Source: a virus. Taken from it: DNA of 51,907 nt. The translations under genes and the position numbers were made by a program. The notes beneath the pieces are model-generated. The model was not told the DNA's origin, did not search any database, and was given only the letters and a program-made list of their open reading frames with translations. Positions 21,520-31,816 of this stretch are shown here, piece by piece. The DNA lies in the IMG/VR virus record IMGVR_UViG_3300045988_151376; one strand, 5' to 3'. Every line of letters begins with the position of its first letter. Positions within the stretch are counted from its first letter, which is position 1.

Positions 21520-23142
21520 ATGACCAAGACCAAGACCAAGAAAAAGGCAAAGACTGAGGCCCGGGCCGATAAGCGCTCCGGCATCCTCGATCAGGCCCGC
21601 CGCGCCGCCCTAATGGAAGAGCTCGGCGCTCAGCTCTACGCCCCTCCGCTAGCTGCCAAGGTCTTCGAGACCGAAGAAAAGGTCCGCGAGCGCTTCGCCC
21701 TCCCGGTTACGCTCGGCACGACCGAAGAGGTCCGGCTGGCGCAGGACGCTGAGCTTGCCGATACCGGGCTGTACTCGACGATTTACAAGTCCCTGCAGCA
21801 GCACGGCTATGAGCTCGGACAGTATCCGACGACGTCGTTCATCGGCTACGGCGCCCTACAGCAGATCGCTCAAAATGGCATGATCCGCGCCTGCGTGCAG
21901 ACCATCTCCGACGACATCACGCGCGAGTGGATCCAGATCACCGGCTCCGACGATGGCGAGAAGGTGGACGAGCTTCAGAAGCTTCAGGAGAAAAAGTATC
22001 ACCTCCGGGGGCTCTTTCACGAGGCCGCAACAATCACCGGGTACATGGGCGGCGCCTTCATCTTTATCGATACCGGCGAAGAGAAGACTGAACTTCCTCT
22101 CCGCATCAATGACGCCTCGGCCGAGCTGGTGAAGGGCGGAACGCTCCGCTTCGTCGTGGTCGATCCGGTCAGCGTGTCGCCCGGCGACTACAACTCCTCC
22201 AATCCGCTTAAGGCCGATTACATGAGGCCGAAGTGGTATTGGGTGCTCGGCCAGCGCGTCCATGCTTCGCGCATGATCCCGCTCTACGACAACCCCCCGC
22301 CGACGCTTCTCCGGCCCGCATACAACTTCCTTGGAATCCCGCAGGCGCAAATTCTCTGGGACTACGTGATGCACTGGAACCAATGCAGGGTGTACACGGC
22401 GGACCTCGTCAGGAAGGTCTCGCTTCTGGTCTTTCAGACGAGCACGGACGACATCTTCAACTCGCCGAACGGCCTGCAGCTCTTCGACATCCGCATGAAG
22501 GCCCTGCAAAGGTATCGCGACAACTCCTCCGTCTTCGTCTGCGACAAGGACGCGGAGGCCGTGATGAACGTCCAGACGTCCATCGCCGGATGCACGGACG
22601 TTGTCCGGCAGTCGCTCGAGATGATCGCGGCGCTCAATCGGACCCCGGCCGTCAAGCTCTTGGGCATCAGCCCGAGCGGCTTCAACGCGACCGGCGAGTC
22701 GGATATCCGCAACTACTACGACTACATCAAATCGAAGCAGGAACTCCGGCGCGACGCGATCATGACATGCCTGAAGGCGATCGAGCTCGTCGAGTTCGGC
22801 ACCATCGATGCGGACCTCTCCTTCGACTTCAACCCACTTAGCAAAGAAGACGAGAACGCCGCCGCGATGACGGCTCAGTCTCGGGCTGGCACGCTGGCGA
22901 CGCTCGCTCAGATGCAGGCCATCAGCGCTGAAGAGGTGCGAGAGGCCGTCAAGACCGAGCCTGTCATGCACTTGGGCTTTCTCTCTGATGAGCCCCCGGA
23001 CGGCGATCCAGAGGACTTCCAAGGCCTTCTCGACTCGCTCCAGAGCGCGACGGCGGCGATCAAAGCGCCAGAGGCGCCGCAGGCGAATCCGCCCGACGAG
23101 TCTCGACAGCTTCTGCAGTCGCTAGGGGGTGTAAGTGGCTAA
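21520..23142 (+). CDS. Portal protein (DUF1073-like)
   Basis: 540 aa, positioned after terL and before a MuF-like gene. Confidence 0.8.
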   Translation: MTKTKTKKKAKTEARADKRSGILDQARRAALMEELGAQLYAPPLAAKVFETEEKVRERFALPVTLGTTEEVRLAQDAELADTGLYSTIYKSLQQHGYELGQYPTTSFIGYGALQQIAQNGMIRACVQTISDDITREWIQITGSDDGEKVDELQKLQEKKYHLRGLFHEAATITGYMGGAFIFIDTGEEKTELPLRINDASAELVKGGTLRFVVVDPVSVSPGDYNSSNPLKADYMRPKWYWVLGQRVHASRMIPLYDNPPPTLLRPAYNFLGIPQAQILWDYVMHWNQCRVYTADLVRKVSLLVFQTSTDDIFNSPNGLQLFDIRMKALQRYRDNSSVFVCDKDAEAVMNVQTSIAGCTDVVRQSLEMIAALNRTPAVKLLGISPSGFNATGESDIRNYYDYIKSKQELRRDAIMTCLKAIELVEFGTIDADLSFDFNPLSKEDENAAAMTAQSRAGTLATLAQMQAISAEEVREAVKTEPVMHLGFLSDEPPDGDPEDFQGLLDSLQSATAAIKAPEAPQANPPDESRQLLQSLGGVSG

Positions 23143-24016
23143 GCCGAAGACGATCGCGGCCATCGAGCCGAATGCGGGGCTCCGGGCGGCGCTTCAGAAG
23201 AAGATCGCAAAGCTCGTCCGGGCCCGCACGCGGGCCGCGGCGGCGGAGCTCTTCGAGGACCTCATCGCCTCCGGCCTGGTGGGCGAAGAAAGCCGCCTCG
23301 CGCAGGATGCGAAACCCACGGTCAAGGACTTCAAGGCCGTCGATCTGGAGAAGGCCTCGAAGCATGCCGACACTGCGTATGCAGAGCGACTCGCTCGTTG
23401 GATGATCCACACGGGCGAGGACGCAAAGGCGGTTTCTAAATGGTTTGTCCGCACGACGGCGCAGCGCATTACCGCGAGCCAGCGCCGTGCGCTGATTCGT
23501 GCGGGCATCTCCCCTGAGCTCATCAAGAACCGCTGGACGGTTCCGGTCGTCAAGAACCGGTACATCTCTCCAGCGGCCGCGCAGGAGATGCCGAAGCTCA
23601 TCGACGACATGACGGCCCTCATCACGAAGATGCAAGCCGACGATCTGGAGCGCCTTCGCGGGGCCCTTGACGCGGGGCTGAGCGGCGGAAAGACGATCGG
23701 AGACATCGAAGAGATACTTCGGCAGTCGGACGGCTTCACGGAAGCCCGGGCCAAGCGTGTAGCACTCGACCAGTCCGTAAAGGTGAATCAGGGGCTCCAG
23801 CGGGCCAATGCGCAGGGCCTCGGCGCCAAAACCGGCATTTGGGTGCATGTGCCAGGCATGTACAGCTCGCGCCAGACGCACAAAGCGATGGACGGTAAGC
23901 GCTTCAATCTCGACGAGGGACTTTACGACCCCGCGGTTGGGAGGAAGGTCATGACCGGTGAGCTTCCGTTCTGCCGATGCGTGTTCAGACTCGATATTGA
24001 CGAATTGCTGAAATGA
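23135..24016 (+). CDS. Phage Mu F-like minor head / head morphogenesis protein
   Basis: The C-terminus WVHVPGMYSSRQTHKAMDGKRFNLDEGLYDP...LPFCRCVF fits the Mu F / SPP1 gp7 motif. Confidence 0.8.
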   Translation: MAKPKTIAAIEPNAGLRAALQKKIAKLVRARTRAAAAELFEDLIASGLVGEESRLAQDAKPTVKDFKAVDLEKASKHADTAYAERLARWMIHTGEDAKAVSKWFVRTTAQRITASQRRALIRAGISPELIKNRWTVPVVKNRYISPAAAQEMPKLIDDMTALITKMQADDLERLRGALDAGLSGGKTIGDIEEILRQSDGFTEARAKRVALDQSVKVNQGLQRANAQGLGAKTGIWVHVPGMYSSRQTHKAMDGKRFNLDEGLYDPAVGRKVMTGELPFCRCVFRLDIDELLK

Positions 24017-25440
24017 TTCATGAAAGACTTGCCCTAGACGCGCAAAGCGTGCGCCGGTACGACAATAACGGCAACCTTCACGTCGCGGTCTCGCACCTCA
24101 CGAAAGCGCAAGTTCGGCCCTACTACGGGTCCGAGATCATCGGGTGGCAGAGGCTCAAGCTCGAGCCGACCAAGGTTTACTACGGCTACGCGCCGCCCGA
24201 AGAGCTTTCGAAGCCAGAGACGGTCGAGAGCACGAATGGCATCCCGATCCAGCTCGATCATCACCCGGACTACGCGGACGACCCTCAGCTCAAGACGAGG
24301 GTCGGTAGCACCGGGACGGACGGCGCCTTCCGCGAGCCGTATCTGGACAACTCTCTGCATATCACCGTGGAGAACGCCATCCGGCGGATCCTAGACGGAT
24401 CAATGCGTGAGCTATCCCTCGCGTACTCCTACACCCCCGACTTCACCTCGGGGAAGACGCCTGATGGCGATCCGTACGATTTTATTATGCGCGACATTTC
24501 CGCCAACCACGTCGCGCTAGTGGAGCAGGGACGCGCTGGGCGCGATGTGTTGGTGCAAGATAGTCAACTTAAAGAGGTAGGTCCTATGGACGACAAGGAA
24601 AAGACGACCCCCGCCACTGATGGCGATCCGGCCGTCGAAAAGAAGGAAGTGGCCCTCGCGCGAGCCATCGGCGAAGCAGCGAAGGGGATCGAAGACCTGC
24701 ACACGCAGGATCAGGAGGGAAACGTGATCGACAAGCCCGCAGAAGACGAGCCCGTCGCTGAAGATGAGGACAAGGACGCCGCCATCAGGCGCATCCTTGA
24801 CGACATGGTCGAAAAGGGGCTCAAGCCCGAAGACGCGAGGTCGTTCCTCGGTGCTCTCAAGGACCTCGCCTACAACCCGGACGAGGCTCAGGACGGCGAT
24901 GAGGACATGGCAGAAGGCGCCGACGACGAGCTCGAACAGGCCGATGGTGCCGAGCCGGACGACTGTGAGCAGATCGTTCAGGACGGGCTCAAGGCTTGCG
25001 GCTACGACGCCGAGCCGGAAGAGCTTCAGCGCGCTTTTGCTGAGGGCGTCCGCTACGGCGAAAAGAAGGAGAAGGCCGAGCCTGAGAAGCTCGACCGCGA
25101 GCACGAGCGCGAAGGCGAAGAGCGCGACGCCGAGGGTTCGGCCAAGCGCATCGAGCGCCGCATCATGAATCGCTTCGCGGCGATGGACGAGTGCGCCAAA
25201 ACGCTTGGCAAGGTCCGCGCGAACGCGTACGACTCCGCCGAGAGCGTCTACCTGGCCGCCCTCCGGCAGGAAGGCGTGAACACGAAGGGCGTCTCCCCGC
25301 AGGCCGCCCGCGCCGCTTACCGCGCGTTCATGGCGGGCAAGAGTCGCGCTCGCAAGGGCTCTTTCGCTCAGGACTCCGCGTCCAGGCAGAAGAGCAACCT
25401 CCTCGTCACCAAGCTCTCTCAGATCAAGAAGGGGTACTAA
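24013..25440 (+). CDS. Scaffold or prohead-protease-like protein (DUF2213-like N-terminus, acidic central region)
   Basis: Position between MuF and capsid. Long D/E-rich low-complexity segment. Confidence 0.6.
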   Translation: MIHERLALDAQSVRRYDNNGNLHVAVSHLTKAQVRPYYGSEIIGWQRLKLEPTKVYYGYAPPEELSKPETVESTNGIPIQLDHHPDYADDPQLKTRVGSTGTDGAFREPYLDNSLHITVENAIRRILDGSMRELSLAYSYTPDFTSGKTPDGDPYDFIMRDISANHVALVEQGRAGRDVLVQDSQLKEVGPMDDKEKTTPATDGDPAVEKKEVALARAIGEAAKGIEDLHTQDQEGNVIDKPAEDEPVAEDEDKDAAIRRILDDMVEKGLKPEDARSFLGALKDLAYNPDEAQDGDEDMAEGADDELEQADGAEPDDCEQIVQDGLKACGYDAEPEELQRAFAEGVRYGEKKEKAEPEKLDREHEREGEERDAEGSAKRIERRIMNRFAAMDECAKTLGKVRANAYDSAESVYLAALRQEGVNTKGVSPQAARAAYRAFMAGKSRARKGSFAQDSASRQKSNLLVTKLSQIKKGY

Positions 25441-25442
25441 TC

Positions 25443-25958
25443 ATGGGCTTTCAGGCAGCTGTTAAGACTGATCCGGCCATCGGCATTCCGGGGCAGGAGG
25501 TCAATCCTCGTCAGGCCGTCTACACGGCCTTCAACTTCGTCTCGGACGGCACGGTCCCGGCGGGCGGATTCGCTTTCGCCGTCGCTCTGAACGGCACCTC
25601 CCAGACCGAGCAGAACGTCCTCTCGGCCAAGGCTGAGGCCAGTGCGAAGCCGGTCGGATTCGTGGAGCGCGACGTCATCGCGACGATCCCGGCGCCTACC
25701 GACGACGCAACGCAGGTCTACCCGAAGGGCACGTGCCCCCCGGTCGCCATTCGCGGCCAGTTCTACGCCATCGCGACGGGCGCGGCTACGGAGGGCCAGT
25801 CGGTCCTCTGCGACCCGACGACTGGCAAGGTCACCTATGGCACGGCTGGTGCGACGAATGACACCGGCTGGACGGTCGTCTTCCCCCGCGGCGTCAAGAC
25901 GATCGCCGAGGGCGACACGGTGATCTATCAGAACTTCGGCGTGGACAAGGCCGCCTAA
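25443..25958 (+). CDS. Head decoration or structural protein
   Basis: Start moved to the ATG at 25443. Lies immediately upstream of the major capsid gene. Confidence 0.55.
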   Translation: MGFQAAVKTDPAIGIPGQEVNPRQAVYTAFNFVSDGTVPAGGFAFAVALNGTSQTEQNVLSAKAEASAKPVGFVERDVIATIPAPTDDATQVYPKGTCPPVAIRGQFYAIATGAATEGQSVLCDPTTGKVTYGTAGATNDTGWTVVFPRGVKTIAEGDTVIYQNFGVDKAA

Positions 25959-25971
25959 CTTGGAGAGATAA

Positions 25972-27030
25972 ATGAGTTTTGATCTTGACTTTGCAAAGTC
26001 GCGCGGCATCTCTGCTCCGCATGCCGTCGGCTTTATGCCTTTCGAGGAAAAGGACGGGCACATCGTCCTTAAGGACATTGACCTCCGCCAGCTCGCGCAG
26101 GACGCGGCGCTCTCGACGCAGCCGAACGTGGGCGCCCCCGCGGCTCTTTATACGTACCTCGACCCGCGCATCATCGAGGTGCTCTTCGGCGTCACGAACG
26201 CGACGCGCTTCTTCACGAAGACCCTCGTTGGCTCGTGGACGCAGGACTATGCAGACTTCGCGGTTGAAGAGGTCGCCGGTCAGGTCTCGCCTTACAACGA
26301 CTTCGCCAACGGGACGACGACGGACGTGAATTACAACTTCCCCGTCCGCCAGAACTTCCGCTACCAGACGACGATTAAGTACGGCGAGCTCGAGACGGCC
26401 AAGCTTGCGGAGGCGAAGGTCAATCTGCCCGCTCGTAAGCAGAATGCCGCCGCCCAGATCCTCGCCCGTGCTGAGAACAAGTTCCAGCTCTACGGCGTGG
26501 CCGGGATGGAGATCTACGGCATGCTCAATGACCCGAATATCCCGTCCACGATCGCTCCGATCTCCGTGAATGGGAATTCCACCTGGGCGACGAAGGTTGC
26601 GGCCGATCCGAACAACGCGGCAACGCTCGTCTTCAACGACGTCAACAAGCTTTGGCAGCAGCTGACGGCGCAGAACGGCGGCCATCTCGACATTGACGCT
26701 CCGATCGTCCTCGGTATCTCTAATAAGATGATCGGCTACCTCACGCAGCCGAACTCTTTCGGCAAGACGGCCAAGGCGATGCTGCTCGAGAACTACCCGA
26801 ACATGGAGATCGTGCAGCTCCCCGAGCTGTCGACTGCTGCTGGCGAGATGCTCTATATGACGGTCCGCGAGCTGTACGGCGACGAGACCGGATGGGCGGC
26901 CTTCTCTATGGCTTATCAGCTCGGTCGCCTTGTGTCGCACGAGTCGTCCTTCACTCAGAAGGCCTCGGCTGGCACGTGGGGATGCGTCATCCGTAGGCCG
27001 AGCCTTGTGGCAACCCTTACGGGCATTTGA
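25972..27030 (+). CDS. Major capsid protein (DUF2184-like, HK97-fold class)
   Basis: 352 aa in the canonical position, followed by a strong terminator. Confidence 0.8.
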   Translation: MSFDLDFAKSRGISAPHAVGFMPFEEKDGHIVLKDIDLRQLAQDAALSTQPNVGAPAALYTYLDPRIIEVLFGVTNATRFFTKTLVGSWTQDYADFAVEEVAGQVSPYNDFANGTTTDVNYNFPVRQNFRYQTTIKYGELETAKLAEAKVNLPARKQNAAAQILARAENKFQLYGVAGMEIYGMLNDPNIPSTIAPISVNGNSTWATKVAADPNNAATLVFNDVNKLWQQLTAQNGGHLDIDAPIVLGISNKMIGYLTQPNSFGKTAKAMLLENYPNMEIVQLPELSTAAGEMLYMTVRELYGDETGWAAFSMAYQLGRLVSHESSFTQKASAGTWGCVIRRPSLVATLTGI

Positions 27031-27083
27031 CGATCTAGAGCAAAGAAAGGTAAGGGCTGCTAACCGCGGCTTTTTCTCTGCTC

Positions 27084-27116
27084 GGGAGGGGGGCTTCGGC
27101 CTCCCTCCTCTTTTTT
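27084..27116 (+). terminator. Strong intrinsic terminator after the capsid gene
   Basis: gggaggggggcttcggcctccctcc followed by tctttttt. Confidence 0.75.
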
Positions 27117-27129
27117 GGGAACGAATACT

Positions 27130-27597
27130 ATGGCTCGCAAAACCACTAAGACCGCTACGAATACGCTTGGCATCGTCGCCGATACCTCAGAACAGGAAGT
27201 CGCGAAGGCCTCCGGCGCCTCGGGGGACGACGTCATCTATATCGCGTGCGGCATGCCTCTCGGCATCATCTTCGACGATGTGGACAATGGGAACGGCGGC
27301 ACGAAGGTCGTTGAATTTCCGGGCGTGAACCACGCCCTCCGCGGAAAGACGAAGGGCATTCTCCTCGGCCGCGGCAATGCCGTCCTCGTCTCCGTCGCGC
27401 GCAAGGACTGGGAAGACATCAAGCGCAAGCACGGAAAGGAGCGCGCCTTCACTGCCATGCCGCCGCTCCTTTGGGAGATGAGGTCTGAGAAGGACTTCAA
27501 GGCGCGGCGCGACGAGATCGCAGAAATGAAGACTGGCGTTGAGCCGGTCGATCCGAAGAGCGTTGGCGTTGAAGAAGTGAAGCGAAGCGAGGTCTAG
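27130..27597 (+). CDS. Hypothetical structural protein
   Basis: ATG at 27130. Head-module position. Confidence 0.5.
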   Translation: MARKTTKTATNTLGIVADTSEQEVAKASGASGDDVIYIACGMPLGIIFDDVDNGNGGTKVVEFPGVNHALRGKTKGILLGRGNAVLVSVARKDWEDIKRKHGKERAFTAMPPLLWEMRSEKDFKARRDEIAEMKTGVEPVDPKSVGVEEVKRSEV

Positions 27598-27599
27598 AG

Positions 27600-28025
27600 A
27601 TGGACGTAGAGCTTGACATTGAAGAGTTTCGTAAGTGGTTCCCGGGGTTGACGGAAGAGGCCATTTCCGATGCCGTGCTTGACGTGCTTTGGCAGCAGGT
27701 GTGCGCGCTCCTCGGAAACACGGACGCGACGAGCTTCGCGCCGTACGCCCCGGACGCGACGCCGCCAGTGCTCGAGCGCAAGGTCTTGCTCTACTACGCG
27801 CTCTGCCACTTCGCCACGCTCGCGACCCGGGGCGATCAGCCGGGCCGCGTCGCAAGCGCATCCGAAGGCTCCGTCTCGACGAGCTTCGACCTAATCAAGA
27901 GCGACTCGCAGACGGCGCAGTGGTGGACGCAGACTCCCTGCGGTGCGACCTATTGGATGATGACGATGAAGTACCGCCGAGGCGGCCGTCTTTACTTCTC
28001 CTCGCACTACCACCCCTGGGGCTGA
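27600..28025 (+). CDS. Head-tail connector (DUF4054-like)
   Basis: IEEFRKWFPGL...LLYYALCHFATL resembles DUF4054 adaptors. Confidence 0.65.
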   Translation: MDVELDIEEFRKWFPGLTEEAISDAVLDVLWQQVCALLGNTDATSFAPYAPDATPPVLERKVLLYYALCHFATLATRGDQPGRVASASEGSVSTSFDLIKSDSQTAQWWTQTPCGATYWMMTMKYRRGGRLYFSSHYHPWG

Positions 28026-28026
28026 C

Positions 28027-28632
28027 ATGGGCATGAAGCTGAATGCCGCGGGGCTCACGGCGCGCTTGGGCAAGCGCTATGCGGGGCTCGTCAACCCTGG
28101 CGTGAGCCACGTCGAGGTGGGCGTCGCCGACGCCAGCATCGCACCATATGCAACGTACGTCGAGTACGGCTGGGTGCAGCGCGTGACGGGGAAGCAGTCG
28201 CTTTTTCTGAGCAATGCGATCGGCAAGCCCGTCCCCCGTCGAGAAGACGGGAAGCCCAACTTTCAGGCGGCCGCCATCAAGCCGGGCATGGCGCTCGTCA
28301 ATCCTCCCAGGCCTTTCCTGCGAGGCACGATGGCCGCCGAGGCGCCGAAGTGGCGCGAGACGGCGAAGAAGGCTCTGCACAAGACGCTGGACAAGGAAAA
28401 GGCGCTCGCCATTCTCGGCAGGCAGGCCGCAGATGACGTCCGCATGACGATCACGAGCGGCGGGACTAGCAAAGAAAAGTTCCCAGAGCGCTCGTCGCTC
28501 ACGCTGGAGCTCTACCGGCAGAGGGCGGAATCCAAGGGCCGTAAGAGCAAGGGCGGCGGGAACCTTTCGACAGCGAAACCGCTCGTCTTGACGGGCAAGC
28601 TCCTCAACTCTATCGGGTATGAAGTGAAATGA
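28027..28632 (+). CDS. Neck or head-closure protein
   Basis: Called by position only. Confidence 0.5.
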   Translation: MGMKLNAAGLTARLGKRYAGLVNPGVSHVEVGVADASIAPYATYVEYGWVQRVTGKQSLFLSNAIGKPVPRREDGKPNFQAAAIKPGMALVNPPRPFLRGTMAAEAPKWRETAKKALHKTLDKEKALAILGRQAADDVRMTITSGGTSKEKFPERSSLTLELYRQRAESKGRKSKGGGNLSTAKPLVLTGKLLNSIGYEVK

Positions 28633-29189
28633 GTTCAGACGCAGGATCTCTAGGAATGGCCTTCCGGTGCGGCGTCGCGTTTGTCGCCGGGGCCCGATTT
28701 TCAGTGGGGCTCCGCTTCGTTAGTGAAGACGAGGACCTGAAATACCGAACGGCAGACAACGGAAACGTCATCGCGATCAAGGATGGCGAGGTTGTCGGAG
28801 GCGCGGGGGCTAGCGTCGGGCCGGACAAGATCCCGTCCTTCGAGTTCTTCTCCGCATCGGAAGAGCAAAAAGGCGAAGGGTTCACCAAGAGGGTCCGACA
28901 GTATGTCGAGACCTACGTCAGGGACAAGGTGGAGGCACAGCGGCATCCGAAAGGAATGCCGGACGACTGCGAGCGCATAGTCATGGGGCCGAAGCAAATC
29001 CGAGAGCTGACGTCGTTGAAGACGCGAGCCCCTTCTATGAGCTTCTTGAAGTTCGGGTCTCGTAGATACAAAGAAGCCCCGCAGCGACGTCCCTGCTCCC
29101 GAAGCAGGGGCCTTGCGGGGCCATCAACGGAGGCTCAACACCATCCGGCTATCTTTGTTGAGAACAACTTACATCAAAAGATCACTTGA
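28629..29189 (+). CDS. Hypothetical protein; the 3' third overlaps a strong compound hairpin, so the true end is uncertain
   Basis: ORF is open to 29189, but 29076..29121 forms a nested hairpin typical of intergenic DNA. Confidence 0.35.
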   Translation: MSSDAGSLGMAFRCGVAFVAGARFSVGLRFVSEDEDLKYRTADNGNVIAIKDGEVVGGAGASVGPDKIPSFEFFSASEEQKGEGFTKRVRQYVETYVRDKVEAQRHPKGMPDDCERIVMGPKQIRELTSLKTRAPSMSFLKFGSRRYKEAPQRRPCSRSRGLAGPSTEAQHHPAIFVENNLHQKIT

Positions 29190-29206
29190 GTAAAGAGGTT
29201 TCCGGC

Positions 29207-29632
29207 ATGGGACTGAATCTTCATCGCATCGTACGGGGCGCGATCAACGCCGCGCACCCGGATGAGGAGGTGCAGATCATGCACTCCGAAGGGTCCGTCC
29301 CGGACGAGCAAGGCTTTGCCAGGCCGCTGTTCTCCCGCATCACGGGGGTTATGGCTCAGGTGCAGAGCGAGGGAGACGCCGCGCTCTTCCACGCGGACAA
29401 GGCGGGCGCGAACTCGATTGTTAGGAGGTTCTACCTCTTCACTCCGAAGGCCTTCGCCGATCAGCCGGCCGGCATCTTCCGGCCGCTATCTCGCGCGGGT
29501 GACTACATCATCCGCAAGGACGGGACGGTCTGGGCTGTCGACGCGGTCATTGACAACTTCGCGGGTGTGAACTGGTTGTGCGTCCGCGCGACGCTACAGG
29601 TCCAGCCGCCAAAGGGGATTGAATGGGCATGA
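29207..29632 (+). CDS. Tail-completion or neck protein (hypothetical)
   Basis: ATG at 29207 with RBS aaagagg. Confidence 0.5.
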   Translation: MGLNLHRIVRGAINAAHPDEEVQIMHSEGSVPDEQGFARPLFSRITGVMAQVQSEGDAALFHADKAGANSIVRRFYLFTPKAFADQPAGIFRPLSRAGDYIIRKDGTVWAVDAVIDNFAGVNWLCVRATLQVQPPKGIEWA

Positions 29633-30204
29633 TGATGCAAAGCCCGCCGACGACTGCGGAGCTTCTCTCGTATGCGTCCGTCTACAAAGCGGTCCGCGAC
29701 TTTGAGATCCTCGTCATGCAGCCGCCGATCGAAGCTAGCCATGTGCTAGCGGGTAATCAGAATAACATTACTCTGCCGCCCGACCGAGAGTACGTAATCA
29801 ACTCAGTCGTGAGTCATCGAGAGATCGGCACGCCCGTCGAGTCATACGAGTGGGATGAGGAGGCGCAGGCGATGCGCGTCGTGATCTCCCGCCTGGTCGA
29901 GATGGTGATGCAGGTCGACGCCTACAGCGATGCAGTGGAGACGGCCCGCATGAGGGCGGAGTGTGTGGCGACGGTGGCGAGGTCCACGCCAGCGTGCGAC
30001 TTCTTCCGGAAGTACGGCATTTCGTCGCTCTATGCGGACGACGTGAGGAATACAACGACTGTTGTCGACGAGGATCAGTTTGTCCAGCGCTGGACGACGT
30101 CACTGCACTTGACCTACACGCACAAGGTCCGGCTCGACGTGGATAGCATCAGCGCGGTCACCGTCGGCGTGCAGAACGTCGACGTCCGTTTCCCGCAAAA
30201 CTAA
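29623..30204 (+). CDS. Hypothetical tail or neck protein
   Basis: Lies upstream of the sheath gene. Confidence 0.5.
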   Translation: MGMMMQSPPTTAELLSYASVYKAVRDFEILVMQPPIEASHVLAGNQNNITLPPDREYVINSVVSHREIGTPVESYEWDEEAQAMRVVISRLVEMVMQVDAYSDAVETARMRAECVATVARSTPACDFFRKYGISSLYADDVRNTTTVVDEDQFVQRWTTSLHLTYTHKVRLDVDSISAVTVGVQNVDVRFPQN

Positions 30205-30246
30205 CTTTTTTACGGACCGCCATGCGCGGCCATCATTGGAGGAATC

Positions 30247-31749
30247 ATGTCACTTCCTGCTTCGCGGATCGTCCAGGTGAGTCCGCGCGTCATCAGCGGC
30301 GGCGCCAAAGATCTGGAAACGAACGGCTTGCTCTTCACGAAGAGCGCGCTCCTTCCGGCCGACCAGCTCGCCATGGCCTTCTCTTCGGCTTCTGCGGTCT
30401 CCGCGCTCTTCGGCCCCGAAGCTGAGGAGACGAAGTTCGCTCAGCAGTATTTCACCGGCGTGCAGAATCAGCAGTCGACGCCGAAGAGCCTCGTCATCGC
30501 CCGCCGCGTCGACGAAGCGGTTGCGGCGTGGATCCGCGGTGGCAAGCTGGGCGTCACGCTCGCAAAGCTCAAGGCCGTCACTGACGGCGCGCTCAAGATC
30601 ACGGTTGACGGCGTCGAGAAGACGGCGGCGGCCGTTGACCTCTCCGGAGCTACCTCGCTTTCCGCTGTCGCGCAGACGGTCGCGACGGCCATTACGGGCG
30701 TGACCGGATCCTACGATAGCAACACGAACTCCTTTACCTTCACGTCTTCGACGACGGGTGCGGACTCGACGATCGGCTACGCCTCCGCGGGCGACAGCGG
30801 CACGGATCTCAGCGCGATGCTTGGCCTCACGCAGGATGGCGGAGCGGTGCTCTCTCAGGGCGCCGCCGCCATGAACGAAAAGGCGAATCTCGACGCGGTC
30901 TGCGAAGTCACGCGGAACTGGGTCGGCTTCACGACGCTCTGGCAGGGGGATCTCGAAGAGATCGAGGCCCTCGCCGCGTGGGCGGACGTCTATGACGACT
31001 TCGTCTACTTCCCCTGGTCGAGCGACGAAAAGCTCACGAACGCCCTAACGGCGTCCTCGAGCCCGCTCGCGCAGATCGTGGACAAGTATGACGTGGTCGC
31101 TCCGCTCTACTCCCCCGACTGGCGCCTCGCCGCTATGGCGATGGCCTGCGGCGCCTCCATCGCATGGACCAGAACTCAGGGCATGAAGACGTGGTTCGCC
31201 AAGTACGCCTCCGGAATCGCGCCGAACGTCTTGGACGAAGCCTCCGCCGACGCCCTCGAAGCGAACCGCATCAACTTCGTCGGCAAGTACGCGACGCGGA
31301 ACGATAATTTCCAGTTCTTCAACCGCGGCACGCTCTCGAGCGACTATTACGGCTTTGTTGACGTGCTATACGGAAGCATTTTTCTGCGCTCTGCAATCCA
31401 GACGAGCTGCATGAGCGGCTTCAAGAGCATCAATCGCGTCCCGTACAACGCCCGCGGCGAGGCGCTGATCCGTGCGTGGTGCCAGGATCCGATCAATCGG
31501 TGCCTTGACAGCGGCGTCATCGATGCGGGGCTCGAGCTCAATGAGTCTCAGCAGGCGCAGATCATGCAGGAGCTCGGTGACGACGGGCAGGACGCTATTC
31601 AGGCCATCGTTTCGAAGGGCTACTGGATCGGCGTGGACCTCCCGGACGCGGCCGGTCGCGCGAATCGCGAAGCGCCGAATGTGACGATCCTGTATGCGTA
31701 CGCAGGCGCTGTCCAGAGTCTGCAGTGCGCCGCGACCACCGTGATCTAA
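30247..31749 (+). CDS. Tail sheath protein (DUF3383-like)
   Basis: 500 aa. N-terminus LPASRIVQVSPRVISGG. Followed by a tube gene. Confidence 0.75.
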   Translation: MSLPASRIVQVSPRVISGGAKDLETNGLLFTKSALLPADQLAMAFSSASAVSALFGPEAEETKFAQQYFTGVQNQQSTPKSLVIARRVDEAVAAWIRGGKLGVTLAKLKAVTDGALKITVDGVEKTAAAVDLSGATSLSAVAQTVATAITGVTGSYDSNTNSFTFTSSTTGADSTIGYASAGDSGTDLSAMLGLTQDGGAVLSQGAAAMNEKANLDAVCEVTRNWVGFTTLWQGDLEEIEALAAWADVYDDFVYFPWSSDEKLTNALTASSSPLAQIVDKYDVVAPLYSPDWRLAAMAMACGASIAWTRTQGMKTWFAKYASGIAPNVLDEASADALEANRINFVGKYATRNDNFQFFNRGTLSSDYYGFVDVLYGSIFLRSAIQTSCMSGFKSINRVPYNARGEALIRAWCQDPINRCLDSGVIDAGLELNESQQAQIMQELGDDGQDAIQAIVSKGYWIGVDLPDAAGRANREAPNVTILYAYAGAVQSLQCAATTVI

Positions 31750-31816
31750 TGTCGCGAAATCGGTGAAAATTCATAGGCCCCGGCTTCGGTCGGGGTCTAT
31801 CTTTTGAGAGTGAAAA

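Noticed and set aside
21856-23022. 388-aa minus-strand ORF, plus similar long antisense ORFs at 23060..23881, 25894..26940, 31826..32647, 32888..34030, 33820..34671, 36234..37376, 37719..38603 and 38908..39660
   Set aside because: All lie antisense to plus-strand genes with recognisable phage structural identities. They are Arg/Ala/Gly/Leu-rich with no motifs. These are typical shadow ORFs of GC-rich coding DNA.
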